A stretch of 62,860 bases of DNA, the filler included, from Nitrospinae bacterium RIFCSPLOWO2_12_FULL_45_22 (GTDB lineage Bacteria; 2-12-FULL-45-22): NCBI GenBank assembly GCA_001803565.1. It is 3 parts of 3 records of this genome, joined end to end, with 100 filler letters (N's around TTAATTAATTAA, not from the genome) between each part and the next. Parts side by side here need not be neighbours in the genome. Positions count along the whole stretch, not along the records: positions 1 to 29,474 come from MHDQ01000265.1; positions 29,575 to 48,380 come from MHDQ01000266.1; 1 more part is not named here. One strand, given 5' to 3'. Positions within the stretch are counted from its first letter, which is position 1; each line of letters begins with the position of its first letter. Below are positions 26,005 to 34,846 of the stretch, piece by piece. The notes under the pieces were generated by a model, which was not told where the DNA came from, ran no database searches, and worked only from the letters and a program-made list of their open reading frames with translations. The position numbers were made by a program, and so were the translations under genes.

Positions 26005-26034
26005 TCCATCCTTGTATGAGCAAAGAGTACGGTT

Positions 26035-26093
26035 GAATTCAGGAGTCAGCATTGTGAAAACAGCTTTTATTCTGACTCCTAACTCCTGAATTC
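26035..26093. repeat. Heptamer-type inverted repeat (same family as 7821-7891)
   Basis: GAATTCAGGAGTCAG ... CTGACTCCTAACTCCTGAATTC. Confidence 0.8.
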
Positions 26094-26124
26094 TCAATTC
26101 CATTTGAGGGGTAATATTTGAGCC

Positions 26125-26304
26125 ATGATAGCCGTATATATATTAATGATATGCAGTGGGGTGCTTATGATAGGCTGGGGCTTCTGGGCCAGCTATAATG
26201 CCCGAAGACCAGTAGATGTGATCGGGGCAATTATGACTCCAGTAGGATTATTATTGACCCTGACTGGGATTATCCTGCTCTGTATCCCCAATTTCTTCTG
26301 GTAA
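26125..26304 (+). CDS. Small 59-aa two-TM membrane protein (absent from the ORF track)
   Basis: MIAVYILMICSGVLMIGWGFWASYNARRPVDVIGAIMTPVGLLLTLTGIILLCIPNFFW*. Fills the gap co-directionally. Confidence 0.7.
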   Translation: MIAVYILMICSGVLMIGWGFWASYNARRPVDVIGAIMTPVGLLLTLTGIILLCIPNFFW

Positions 26305-26340
26305 CCAAGCGGGTTATTAGATAATAAGATGGAGAAGGGT

Positions 26341-27378
26341 ATGCAAACTTTAGTAATAGGTGGGGCGGGGTTCATAGGTTGTCAGGTAGCGGATCATTAT
26401 TTAGCGAAAAACCATCAAGTAACAGTAATAGATAATTTCTCACGGCCTGGTACTTTAGCTAATATACGCTGGTTGGGAGAGGGGCATAGCAAGCGCTTAC
26501 GCATCGTACCAGCCGATATCAGGCTGGATAACCGTATCCTCCAGGAAGAAACGAGCCAGGCTGACATAGTATTTCATATGGCTGCCCAGGTGGCAGTGAC
26601 TACTTCTGTCGTTAATCCCAGGGAAGATTTTGAGATCAATGCCCTCGGTACCCTTAATATCCTGGAAGCAGTACGGCAATCGCCCAATGAGCCTATCTTG
26701 ATATTTGCCTCGACCAACAAAGTTTATGGTAATCTGGAGGATGTGCCTCTGGTAGAGAAGGATAAGCGGTATGAATTTAAAGGGTTAAAGAACGGGATAA
26801 AAGAAGAACATCCCCTGGATTTTCACTCGCCCTATGGCTGTAGTAAAGGGGCCGCAGATCAGTACGTAAGGGACTATGGTCGCATCTATGGCCTTAAAAC
26901 TATTACTTTTCGTCAGTCCTGTATCTACGGCCCACGGCAATTCGGTATAGAAGATCAGGGGTGGGTAGCCCATTTTGCTATTTCGGCATTATTCGACCGG
27001 CCTATAACTATTTATGGCAATGGCAAGCAGGCACGGGATGTGCTAGAGATTAAAGACTTGATCCGTGCTTATGATCTAGCTATAGACCAGATAGCAATTA
27101 CCCAGGGACAGATATATAATATTGGCGGGGGGCCCAATAATCAACTATCCCTGCTGGAACTAATCTCTTATCTGGGAGGGCTCTTAGGGAAAAGGATAAC
27201 CCATCAGTTTGCCGACTGGCGGCCTGGGGATCAAAAAATCTTTGTAGCCGATATTTCTAAGGCCAAAAAAGATTTTGCCTGGGAGCCCAATATTCCCTTT
27301 GCTGAAGGGATAAAGGGTCTGGTAGAATGGGTAGAAGGAAATAAGGAGACTGTAGCCAGTTTTGTTCCTAAAAAATAA
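26341..27378 (+). CDS. NAD-dependent epimerase, CDP-paratose 2-epimerase (RfbE)-like
   Basis: GGAGFIG, AAQVAVTTS, STNKVYG, SPYGCSKGAADQYVRDY, FGIEDQGWVAHF, WRPGDQK. Confidence 0.9.
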   Translation: MQTLVIGGAGFIGCQVADHYLAKNHQVTVIDNFSRPGTLANIRWLGEGHSKRLRIVPADIRLDNRILQEETSQADIVFHMAAQVAVTTSVVNPREDFEINALGTLNILEAVRQSPNEPILIFASTNKVYGNLEDVPLVEKDKRYEFKGLKNGIKEEHPLDFHSPYGCSKGAADQYVRDYGRIYGLKTITFRQSCIYGPRQFGIEDQGWVAHFAISALFDRPITIYGNGKQARDVLEIKDLIRAYDLAIDQIAITQGQIYNIGGGPNNQLSLLELISYLGGLLGKRITHQFADWRPGDQKIFVADISKAKKDFAWEPNIPFAEGIKGLVEWVEGNKETVASFVPKK

Positions 27379-27424
27379 ACAAACGTCTCTTAGCCAATAG
27401 CCATAATCAAAGGAGATAATAAGG

Positions 27425-28543
27425 ATGGGGAAAAAGGTTCTGGTAACAGGCGGTGCCGGCTTTATTGGTTCTTTTACAGTAGACGCCCTGCTAGAAAAGG
27501 GTTATCAGGTAAGGGTTTTGGATAATCTTGATCCGCAGGTGCACCCCCGTGGCGAAATACCCCGGTACCTGAACAAAGGGGTGGAATTTATCAAGGGGGA
27601 TGTCCGCAACTACCAGCAGTTGAAAAAGGCATTGAAGGACATGGAATTAGTCGTGCACCTGGCAGCCGCAGTAGGGGTAGGACAATCACAATATCAGATC
27701 AAACACTACATAGAGGTCAATATAGGCGGTACGGCTAATCTCTTAGATATAGTCGTTAATACCAAAAATAAGGTAGAGAAAATAGTAATAGCAGCCTCCA
27801 TGAGCAGCTATGGAGAGGGTTGTTATTATTGTCACAAGTGCGGTGAAGTAAGGCCACCATTGCGTACTGAAGAGCAACTGTCTGATAGCAGGTGGGAGCT
27901 ACCCTGCCCTCATTGCCAGGAAGCCTTAAAGCCAGTCCCTACACCAGAACCGGCCGAACGGCACTGCAATTCCATCTATGCCATGACCAAACGGGATCAG
28001 GAAGATATGGTATTGAATATCGGGAAGACCTATAAAATACCGGTAGTTGCGCTGCGCTACTTTAATGTTTATGGCCCTCGCCAGTCCCTCTCTAACCCTT
28101 ACACTGGCGTAGCAGCGATATTTATGAGCCGAATCAAAAATGATAATCCGCCGGTAATCTATGAAGATGGATTACAGACCCGGGATTTTGTCTCGGTACA
28201 CGATATAGCCCGGGCTAATCTCCTGGCCCTCGAGGCAGGCGACTACCATTATCAGGCATTTAATGTAGGTAGTGGTGTCCCACGGACAATAGAAGAAGTC
28301 GCAGAGCTTCTAGCCAGTCTTTACCAAAAAGATATTGCACCCATAATAACCAATAAGTTCCGAAAAGGTGATGTAAGGCATTGCTATGCCGATATTAGCA
28401 AAATAAAGAGCTGCCTGGGTTTTGAGCCTAAAATGAGTTTCGCTATAGGGATGAAAGAGCTGATTGAATGGGCTCATGAGGTAGAAGCAGAGGACCGCTT
28501 TGACCAGGCTGCCCAGGAATTAGCCCACAAAGGCCTGATATAA
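27425..28543 (+). CDS. NAD-dependent epimerase/dehydratase with a CxxC...CxxC insertion
   Basis: GGAGFIG, YAMTK, NVYGPRQSLSNPYTGV; CHKC...CPHC. Confidence 0.9.
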   Translation: MGKKVLVTGGAGFIGSFTVDALLEKGYQVRVLDNLDPQVHPRGEIPRYLNKGVEFIKGDVRNYQQLKKALKDMELVVHLAAAVGVGQSQYQIKHYIEVNIGGTANLLDIVVNTKNKVEKIVIAASMSSYGEGCYYCHKCGEVRPPLRTEEQLSDSRWELPCPHCQEALKPVPTPEPAERHCNSIYAMTKRDQEDMVLNIGKTYKIPVVALRYFNVYGPRQSLSNPYTGVAAIFMSRIKNDNPPVIYEDGLQTRDFVSVHDIARANLLALEAGDYHYQAFNVGSGVPRTIEEVAELLASLYQKDIAPIITNKFRKGDVRHCYADISKIKSCLGFEPKMSFAIGMKELIEWAHEVEAEDRFDQAAQELAHKGLI

Positions 28544-28547
28544 CTCA

Positions 28548-29312
28548 ATGATATACCTGGACTATGCTATATTTATCTATCTCTTCATTATAGGCAATAT
28601 TGTAGGTAGTTTTTGTAATGTCTGTATTTATCGCCTGCCACGGCAAGAGTCTATTATCTTCCCAGGCTCCCACTGCCCCCATTGCCAAACACCTATCTAC
28701 TGGTATGATAATATCCCGCTCCTGAGTTTTTTGCTCCTGAGGGGCAAGTGTCGTACCTGTTCTCAGCCGATCTCCTGGCACTATCCCCTGGTAGAGTTTG
28801 TTTCTGGGGTTAATTTCTTGACCTTTTACTGGCTATTTAGCCTCTCAACACCTTTCTTTATCTATATTTTTCTTACTACTGCCTTAATCATTATTACCTT
28901 TATAGACTTAGAGCATAAGATTATACCAGATATCATAACCCTTCCCGGGATACCGTTAGGCATCCTCTTCAGTACCCTGTTCCTACAGCAAAGCCTCTGG
29001 CATAGCCTTATGGGGATATTATTGGGTGGTGGCATCTTCTATTTAGTAGCTTTGCTCTCCCGGGGTGGCATGGGTGGAGGGGACATAAAACTGGGGGCCA
29101 TGATCGGGGCCTTTATTGGCTGGCGCTATATCTTGCTGACCATCTTTGTAGCGGTTTTTAGTGGCTCTATTATTTCTATCGCCCTGCTTATTGCCGGGAA
29201 GAAAGGCAGAAAAGACATGGTCCCCTTCGGTCCCTTTTTGGCCCTGGGGACCTTTGTCTCAATCCTATGGGGAGAGACTATTATCCACTGGTATCTCGCC
29301 TGGCATTATTAA
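28548..29312 (+). CDS. pilD: Prepilin peptidase
   Basis: GSFCNVCIYRLP, SHCPHC, GKCRTC, FIDLEH, GMGGGDIKL, PFGPFL. Confidence 0.96.
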   Translation: MIYLDYAIFIYLFIIGNIVGSFCNVCIYRLPRQESIIFPGSHCPHCQTPIYWYDNIPLLSFLLLRGKCRTCSQPISWHYPLVEFVSGVNFLTFYWLFSLSTPFFIYIFLTTALIIITFIDLEHKIIPDIITLPGIPLGILFSTLFLQQSLWHSLMGILLGGGIFYLVALLSRGGMGGGDIKLGAMIGAFIGWRYILLTIFVAVFSGSIISIALLIAGKKGRKDMVPFGPFLALGTFVSILWGETIIHWYLAWHY

Positions 29313-29334
29313 TTATTCCCCATTCCTTATTTTA

Positions 29335-29474
29335 TTATTTTGACCTTTCCTTTCTCAAATTATGGAGCTCAACCGAAAGGGCTACTGTCTTCCGGGTGGT
29401 TTTTCTAAGCCTTTCTACCAAGGTCTTTATGATTTCTCGAACATCCGCTGAAAGTTTATTGAATTCACCATCCA
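29335..29474 (-). CDS. C-terminal fragment of a gene cut by the contig end
   Basis: Open minus frame DGEFNKLSADVREIIKTLVERLRKTTRKTVALSVELHNLRKERSK*, convergent on pilD. Confidence 0.55.
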
Positions 29475-29574
29475 NNNNNNNNNNNNNNNNNNNNNNNNNN
29501 NNNNNNNNNNNNNNNNNNTTAATTAATTAANNNNNNNNNNNNNNNNNNNNNNNNNNNNNNNNNNNNNNNNNNNN
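29475..29574. other. Artificial contig linker
   Basis: N44-TTAATTAATTAA-N44, giving stops in all six frames. Confidence 0.97.
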
Positions 29575-31066
29575 TGATAAATATCCTGGGAGGATTAGTA
29601 ATAGGGGTATTCTATAAAGGTATGGGGATAGCCGAAGCTGCCCAGACCTATACCCTCTTAACTATCGGTGATGGCCTGGTAGCCCAGATACCCGCTTTGA
29701 TCGTATCTACTGCGGCTGGTATAATAGTGACCCGGGCGGCTTCAGAGACTAACCTGGGTAATGAAATGGTAGGTCAATTAGTAGTACATCCCCGGGCTTT
29801 GTCGGTAGCGGCTGCTATCATCCTCTTCCTTGGCCTAATGCCCGGCTTACCTACCTTCCCTTTTTTACTCCTCGCGGGCTTTGTTGGTGTGGTTTCTTAT
29901 ACTATTATCCAGTCAGAAAAAAAGAGTTTTCTACAAGAAGAAACAGCCCGTGGGAAGAGGGGGGGAGCCGCTGGGGAAGAGAGACCGGAATCCCTCCTGG
30001 CTTTAGATTACCTGGGTTTAGAAGTGGGTTACGGGCTCATACCCTTAGTAGATATTGATCAGGATGGCGAACTACTAGAGCGGATAAAATCTTTGCGCCG
30101 GCAATATGCCTTAGAGATGGGCTTTATTATTCCCACTTTGCACCTCCGGGATAACCTTCNNNNNNNNNNNNNNNNNNNNTCCGGGATAACCTTCAGCTCA
30201 AACCGGGCGGTTATTCTATCCTCCTCAAAGGGATCGAGATAGCCAGAGGCGAACTAATGCTAAATCACTTCCTGGCCATGGACCCTGGTACCGTCGAAGA
30301 AAAGATCACTACCGGTATCCCTGCTAAAGAACCCGTTTTTGGTCTACCGGCCCTCTGGATACCTGAACGAGACCGGGAAAAAGCCCAGTTTGCTGGCTAT
30401 ACCATCGTGGATGCCGCCTCTATCATTGCTACCCATCTCTCGGAAATAATCAAGAATTTTGCCCACGAATTATTGGGTAGGCAAGAGACACAAAACCTGC
30501 TGGATAACCTGGCTCAACACTATCCTAAGGCCGTGGAAGAATTAGTGCCAAAAGTCCTGACTTTAGGGGGTGTGCAGAGGGTGTTGCAAAACCTGCTCCG
30601 GGAGGGAGTCTCTATAAGAGACCTGCTGAGTATTGTAGAAATACTGGCTGATTATGCCCCTCTTACCAAGGATCCAGAGGTCTTGACCGAGTATGTGCGG
30701 CAGAAGCTGGCGCGCACTATCTGCCGTCCGTATCAATCACCAGAAGGTATTCTTACCGTAATGTCCCCGGAGCCCAAGCTAGAGGAATGGATTTCTGAGG
30801 CTATCCAGCACACCGAGCAAGGAACCTATTTAGCCCTGGAGCCCAGATTAGCGCAAAAGATACTCCTGAAGACAAAAGAATCCTCAGAGAAATTTCAGAT
30901 ACAAGGCTTACAACCCATAATCCTCTGCTCTCCTATTATCAGGAGCCACCTCAAGAAGCTAACAGAACGATATCTCCCTCGGTTGGTAGTCTTGTCCCAT
31001 AATGAGATAGCAGAGAACATCCAGATTCAATCTCTGGGAGTTATAGGACTAGCCGATGAAAATTAA
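29575..31066 (+). CDS. flhA: Flagellar export protein FlhA (5'-truncated; internal assembly gap)
   Basis: YTLLTIGDGLVAQIPAL, LEVGYGLIPLVD, EPVFGLPALWI, VLQNLLREGVSIRDL. TCCGGGATAACCTTC is duplicated on both sides of the N gap, so collapsing it restores one frame. Confidence 0.96.
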
Positions 31067-32267
31067 GCGTTATGAAGCGATAGATATGCAAGAGGCCATC
31101 AACCAGATCAAACAGGACTTAGGTCCTGATGCCCTTATCCTCTCCGTAAAAAAGATAAGACGGGGCTGTAAGGCCTTTAGCCTCTTCAGCCGGCCTATCC
31201 TGGAGGTAACGGCTGCACACGATATCCCCCCTCCTGGCGAATTGCCGCAAAAACAGGAGTATTATGGGACAGAATTATTGCTTGAATCCCTGCAAAGGGA
31301 ATTTATGGAATTGAAAACGCTCCTATTACCTAAGTCCTATGAAAGAGAGATTTATACCGAACTCCGGGAACTAAAGGAACTAATATCTTTACTGAGGCCA
31401 AAGAATGGGTCGGGCTCCTCTCCCACTAGCCCAACCCTTCTTTCCCAGCATCTGATCGCCCAGGGGATAGATAGCCCTATAGCCCACGAATTACTATTAA
31501 GAGTGAGAAAGCATCTTAAAAATAAGAGGAAGATCAAACCTGATCAATTGAGGCTACTCTTGTTAAATGAGGCACAAAATATGCTGCCTACTCGACCAGC
31601 CCATGAAGGACAAAGGGTAATGGTCTTGCTGGGGCCAACAGGTGTGGGTAAGACCACTACTATAGCTAAACTGGCTGGAGAATATGGGTTGGTAAAAAAA
31701 CAAAAGGTAACTATAATAACCATTGACACCTATCGGGTAGCTTCCATAGAGCAGCTTAAGATATATGGAAATACCCTTGGACTGCCGGTTCATATTGCCT
31801 TGAGCCCATCTGACCTGAAACGATTCTTATCTATTAATAATGATAAGGACTTGATCTTGATTGATACGCATGGTTGTAACCCCAAAGATAAGGATCAATT
31901 GTTAGAGATGCAAAGGTTCTTACCCCTAAACCCCGCTATCGAAAACCATTTAGTCTTAAGCATTACTACCAAAGAGAAAGATTTGAAGAGTATAATCAGC
32001 CGGTTTCATACCATACCTATTCATTGTCTACTCTTTACTAAGTTGGATGAGAGTGATTCTTATGGTGCTATCTTTAATCAAGCTATTTGGGCAAAAAAAC
32101 CCGTCTCTTTTCTGACTACCGGTCAGAAAGTACCGGAGGACATTGAAATAGCAACCCCGGAACGAATAACACAGTTAGCGTTAAATATCCCTTTTAACCT
32201 TTGTCATGAGGAGGAGCCCATTTATGGCCCAGAAGCAGTGTATGGAGGCAGAGAAATACCCCTCTAA
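31056..32267 (+). CDS. flhF: Flagellar SRP-family GTPase FlhF
   Basis: MKIKRYEA..MQEAI..IK..LGPDALIL, GPTGVGKTTT, TKLDE, GQKVPEDI. Confidence 0.95.
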   Translation: MKIKRYEAIDMQEAINQIKQDLGPDALILSVKKIRRGCKAFSLFSRPILEVTAAHDIPPPGELPQKQEYYGTELLLESLQREFMELKTLLLPKSYEREIYTELRELKELISLLRPKNGSGSSPTSPTLLSQHLIAQGIDSPIAHELLLRVRKHLKNKRKIKPDQLRLLLLNEAQNMLPTRPAHEGQRVMVLLGPTGVGKTTTIAKLAGEYGLVKKQKVTIITIDTYRVASIEQLKIYGNTLGLPVHIALSPSDLKRFLSINNDKDLILIDTHGCNPKDKDQLLEMQRFLPLNPAIENHLVLSITTKEKDLKSIISRFHTIPIHCLLFTKLDESDSYGAIFNQAIWAKKPVSFLTTGQKVPEDIEIATPERITQLALNIPFNLCHEEEPIYGPEAVYGGREIPL

Positions 32268-33108
32268 GGTAATAAAATTTCCTCAGAAGGGAAAAGTGGA
32301 GCGATGTAAAGTTATTGCTGTGACTAGCGGAAAAGGTGGCGTGGGTAAGACCAATGTGGTGGTTAACCTGGCCCTGGCTCTCATAGAGCTAGGTAAGCGA
32401 GTAATGATCCTGGATGCGGATTTGGCCCTGGCTAATATAGATGTATTGCTGGGACTGGTGCCTAAATTTAACCTACAACATGTCTTAACCGGACAAAAGA
32501 AGCTATCAGATATCCTGGTAGAGGGCCCCAGGGGAATAAAAATCCTCCCGGCTAGTTCCGGTATAATGGAAATGGCCCAGCTTACTGAAAGCCAAAAATT
32601 AATCCTATTGAATGGACTAGATGGCCTGGAAGAAGAGTTTGATCTATTGTTAATTGACACCGCGGCTGGTGTCTCTTCTAATGTAGTCTATTTTAACCTG
32701 GCAGCGGAAGATATATTAGTCATTGTCTCACCAGAGCCTACCGCTATCACTGATGCTTATGCTTTAATGAAGATACTGTTTACCAGATACCAGGAAAAGA
32801 GTTTCAGGTTATTAGTTAATTCTGTGCATGATTCCAGAGAAGCTGACGAAGTATATAGGCGGTTGAGTTTGGCGACTGAAAGGTTCTTACAGATATCTTT
32901 AGATTATCTAGGATATATCCCGCTGGATGATAATATCCCCAGGGCCGTAAAGCAGCAAAGAGCTGTTGTAGAAGCTTATCCTTATAGCCAGGCCAGCCGA
33001 TCCTTTTTCCAGATTGCCAGGAGTATATGCCAGCTTCCACCAGCTCCCTTCCCTAAAGGGAATATCCAATTTATGTGGCAAAAATGGCTGGAATGTTCAC
33101 AAAAATAA
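32224..33108 (+). CDS. flhG: MinD-like flagellar number regulator FlhG/FleN
   Basis: SGKGGVGKT, DADLALANID, PEPTAITDAYALMK. Confidence 0.95.
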   Translation: MAQKQCMEAEKYPSKVIKFPQKGKVERCKVIAVTSGKGGVGKTNVVVNLALALIELGKRVMILDADLALANIDVLLGLVPKFNLQHVLTGQKKLSDILVEGPRGIKILPASSGIMEMAQLTESQKLILLNGLDGLEEEFDLLLIDTAAGVSSNVVYFNLAAEDILVIVSPEPTAITDAYALMKILFTRYQEKSFRLLVNSVHDSREADEVYRRLSLATERFLQISLDYLGYIPLDDNIPRAVKQQRAVVEAYPYSQASRSFFQIARSICQLPPAPFPKGNIQFMWQKWLECSQK

Positions 33109-33158
33109 TGACCGTTGTCAACAATTATAGAGATAACCAACGAGATTAGCTAGAGAAG

Positions 33159-33926
33159 ATGGAAACAGCAATAAATCCCTGGACTAAACTGACTCAAAAA
33201 GCCAAGCTCAGTCAGAACTTGAGAAATCAATTAATAGAAGAATATTCTCCTCTAATAAAGTATATTGCCCAGCGCATGATGCGGAGACTACCCCGCCATA
33301 TAGAACTGGATGAGCTGATCAACTCTGGTGTTTTAGGCTTAATGGATGCGATAGAGAAGTTTAATCCTTCCAGGAATATTCAGTTTAAGACCTATGCCGA
33401 GGTAAGGATCAGAGGGGCCATTTTGGATGGCCTACGGGCTCAGGATTGGATACCGAGATCCCTCAGGCAAAAAGCTAACAAGATGGCTTCTACTTATGCT
33501 CAAGTAGAACAGAAGCTCGGCCGGCCTGCCTCCGTGGAGGATATAGCGGACGAGCTGGAGGTGGAGGTAGGAGAAGTAGAAAATATCCTTACCCAACTGG
33601 AAAGCATACATTTAATAAAACTGGAGGAGATTATTACTGATCCTCAACCGGAAGCCAAAGAGTCCCTAAGTCACCGCCTGTTAGGCATTAGTGGGGAGGA
33701 TTCTCTTTCTCTATTAAACCTGGCACAGGTCAAAAAGGCTATCGGCCAGGCAATAGACCAACTACCACCTAAAGAGAAGATGGTTGTAACCTTATATTAT
33801 TATGAAGAATTAACCATGAAAGAGATTGGTAAAGTGCTGAACATTACTCAATCCCGGGTATCCCAACTCCATACCCAGGCTATCTTAAGACTAAAAGGCA
33901 AATTAAAAAAATTTCTGGCAGAATAG
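33159..33926 (+). CDS. fliA: RNA polymerase sigma-28 FliA
   Basis: FKTYAEVRIRGAILDGLRAQDWIPRSLR, LYYYEELTMKEIG, SRVSQLH. Confidence 0.97.
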   Translation: METAINPWTKLTQKAKLSQNLRNQLIEEYSPLIKYIAQRMMRRLPRHIELDELINSGVLGLMDAIEKFNPSRNIQFKTYAEVRIRGAILDGLRAQDWIPRSLRQKANKMASTYAQVEQKLGRPASVEDIADELEVEVGEVENILTQLESIHLIKLEEIITDPQPEAKESLSHRLLGISGEDSLSLLNLAQVKKAIGQAIDQLPPKEKMVVTLYYYEELTMKEIGKVLNITQSRVSQLHTQAILRLKGKLKKFLAE

Positions 33927-33932
33927 TTAGAG

Positions 33933-34058
33933 TAAGTTATCAGCCATCAGTCCATAGCTTTAAGCAAATTCGGTGTCCGTGTCCATCGGGCACGCTTCAC
34001 GGTTAACAGAAAAACGGAGTTTCGCTGACCGCTGATTGCTGATAGCTGAATGCTGAAT
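33933..34058. repeat. GCTGAnn heptamer inverted repeat element with an internal CCGTGTCC/CACGG element
   Basis: TCAGCCATCAG left arm; five tandem GCTGAnn at 34024-34058. Sister copy at 44319-44462. Confidence 0.8.
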
Positions 34059-34096
34059 TTTGTAATTGTTTAGCCAATCAAAGTCTCCGATCTTAT

Positions 34097-34298
34097 TTAG
34101 CCACAGAGGCACAGAGGACACAGAGTGTAGGGACGTAGCTGCTATGTCCCTACTAACTTTCAGCCTCGGAAAGTGTTAGCAAAGGATGTAGCGTGAAAGC
34201 TTGCTTTCATAAATGCGAGCAAGCCTTTGGCCTTCAAGGCCAAAGGCTTGCATGTTACATCTCATTTTCTCTGTGCCCTCTGTGTCTCCGTGGCTAAA
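34097..34298. repeat. Multi-layer nested palindrome: 9-nt CACAGAG shell > GTAG-REPs > inserted micro-palindrome
   Basis: TTAGCCACAGAGGCACAGAGGACACAGAG / CTCTGTGCCCTCTGTGTCTCCGTGGCTAA. REP at 34127-34153, REP pair at 34188-34259, insert at 34225-34247. Confidence 0.85.
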
Positions 34299-34366
34299 CT
34301 GTTACCAATTTTAATGATTGACTCCTTAAGTTAAAAATGGTATAGGTAGAAGCCAAAAAAGGGGGG

Positions 34367-34651
34367 GTGATGGTCTTGGACAAAACCATAGATAAACCCC
34401 AGGGGTTATTACCGTGGTTAAACATAAAAGGAGTTTCTCAAGATGAAAAGTATTCCGGGGGGGAACATAAAAAGTTTGGTCAAGAAAAGAAAAAACCTCC
34501 CCCACAAAAAGAAAAAGTATCACTATCCCTAAGGGATGGTAAAGATAAGGAAGGAGAACCCGCGTATAGCAAAACCAGTACCGATAAGAAGGGCAAAGAG
34601 GATAAGTCGCCTGCCGGCACCCAGGGTAAACAAATAGACATAACTATTTAA
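34367..34651 (+). CDS. Small Lys-rich hypothetical protein ending GKQIDITI
   Basis: 94-aa ORF co-directional within the flagellar cluster; C-terminal GxxIDI motif. Confidence 0.65.
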   Translation: MMVLDKTIDKPQGLLPWLNIKGVSQDEKYSGGEHKKFGQEKKKPPPQKEKVSLSLRDGKDKEGEPAYSKTSTDKKGKEDKSPAGTQGKQIDITI

Positions 34652-34846
34652 CTGCTACTAAAAACATATAAAAACATAATATACTTTACTTTTGCACTTC
34701 TCCATGATACCGTGGTTAAAGTGTACGTCTCACCCGTCCTCTTATATACTTATATACCGGGCAAGATAGCCGGCATATAGGAACTTTTGAAGAAAATCTG
34801 TGAAAGTATAATATACAACTTCCCCACCTTTATTGGAGGGTTTGTT

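Noticed and set aside
29475-29574. TTAATTAATTAA palindromes within N runs (also 48381-48480)
   Set aside because: Synthetic six-frame-stop contig linkers. ORFs ending in ...LIN and gene adjacency across them are artefacts.
30145-30194. Apparent split or frameshifted flhA
   Set aside because: The same 15 nt flank both sides of the N gap; collapsing the overlap restores a single frame.
31861-31880. FlhF G3 motif DTHG rather than DTAG
   Set aside because: The DxxG consensus is retained and other motifs are intact; insufficient to claim altered function.
33933-34298. CRISPR array interpretation of the periodic repeats
   Set aside because: Units are 7-10 nt, degenerate and inverted, with no unique spacers of constant length and no cas genes.
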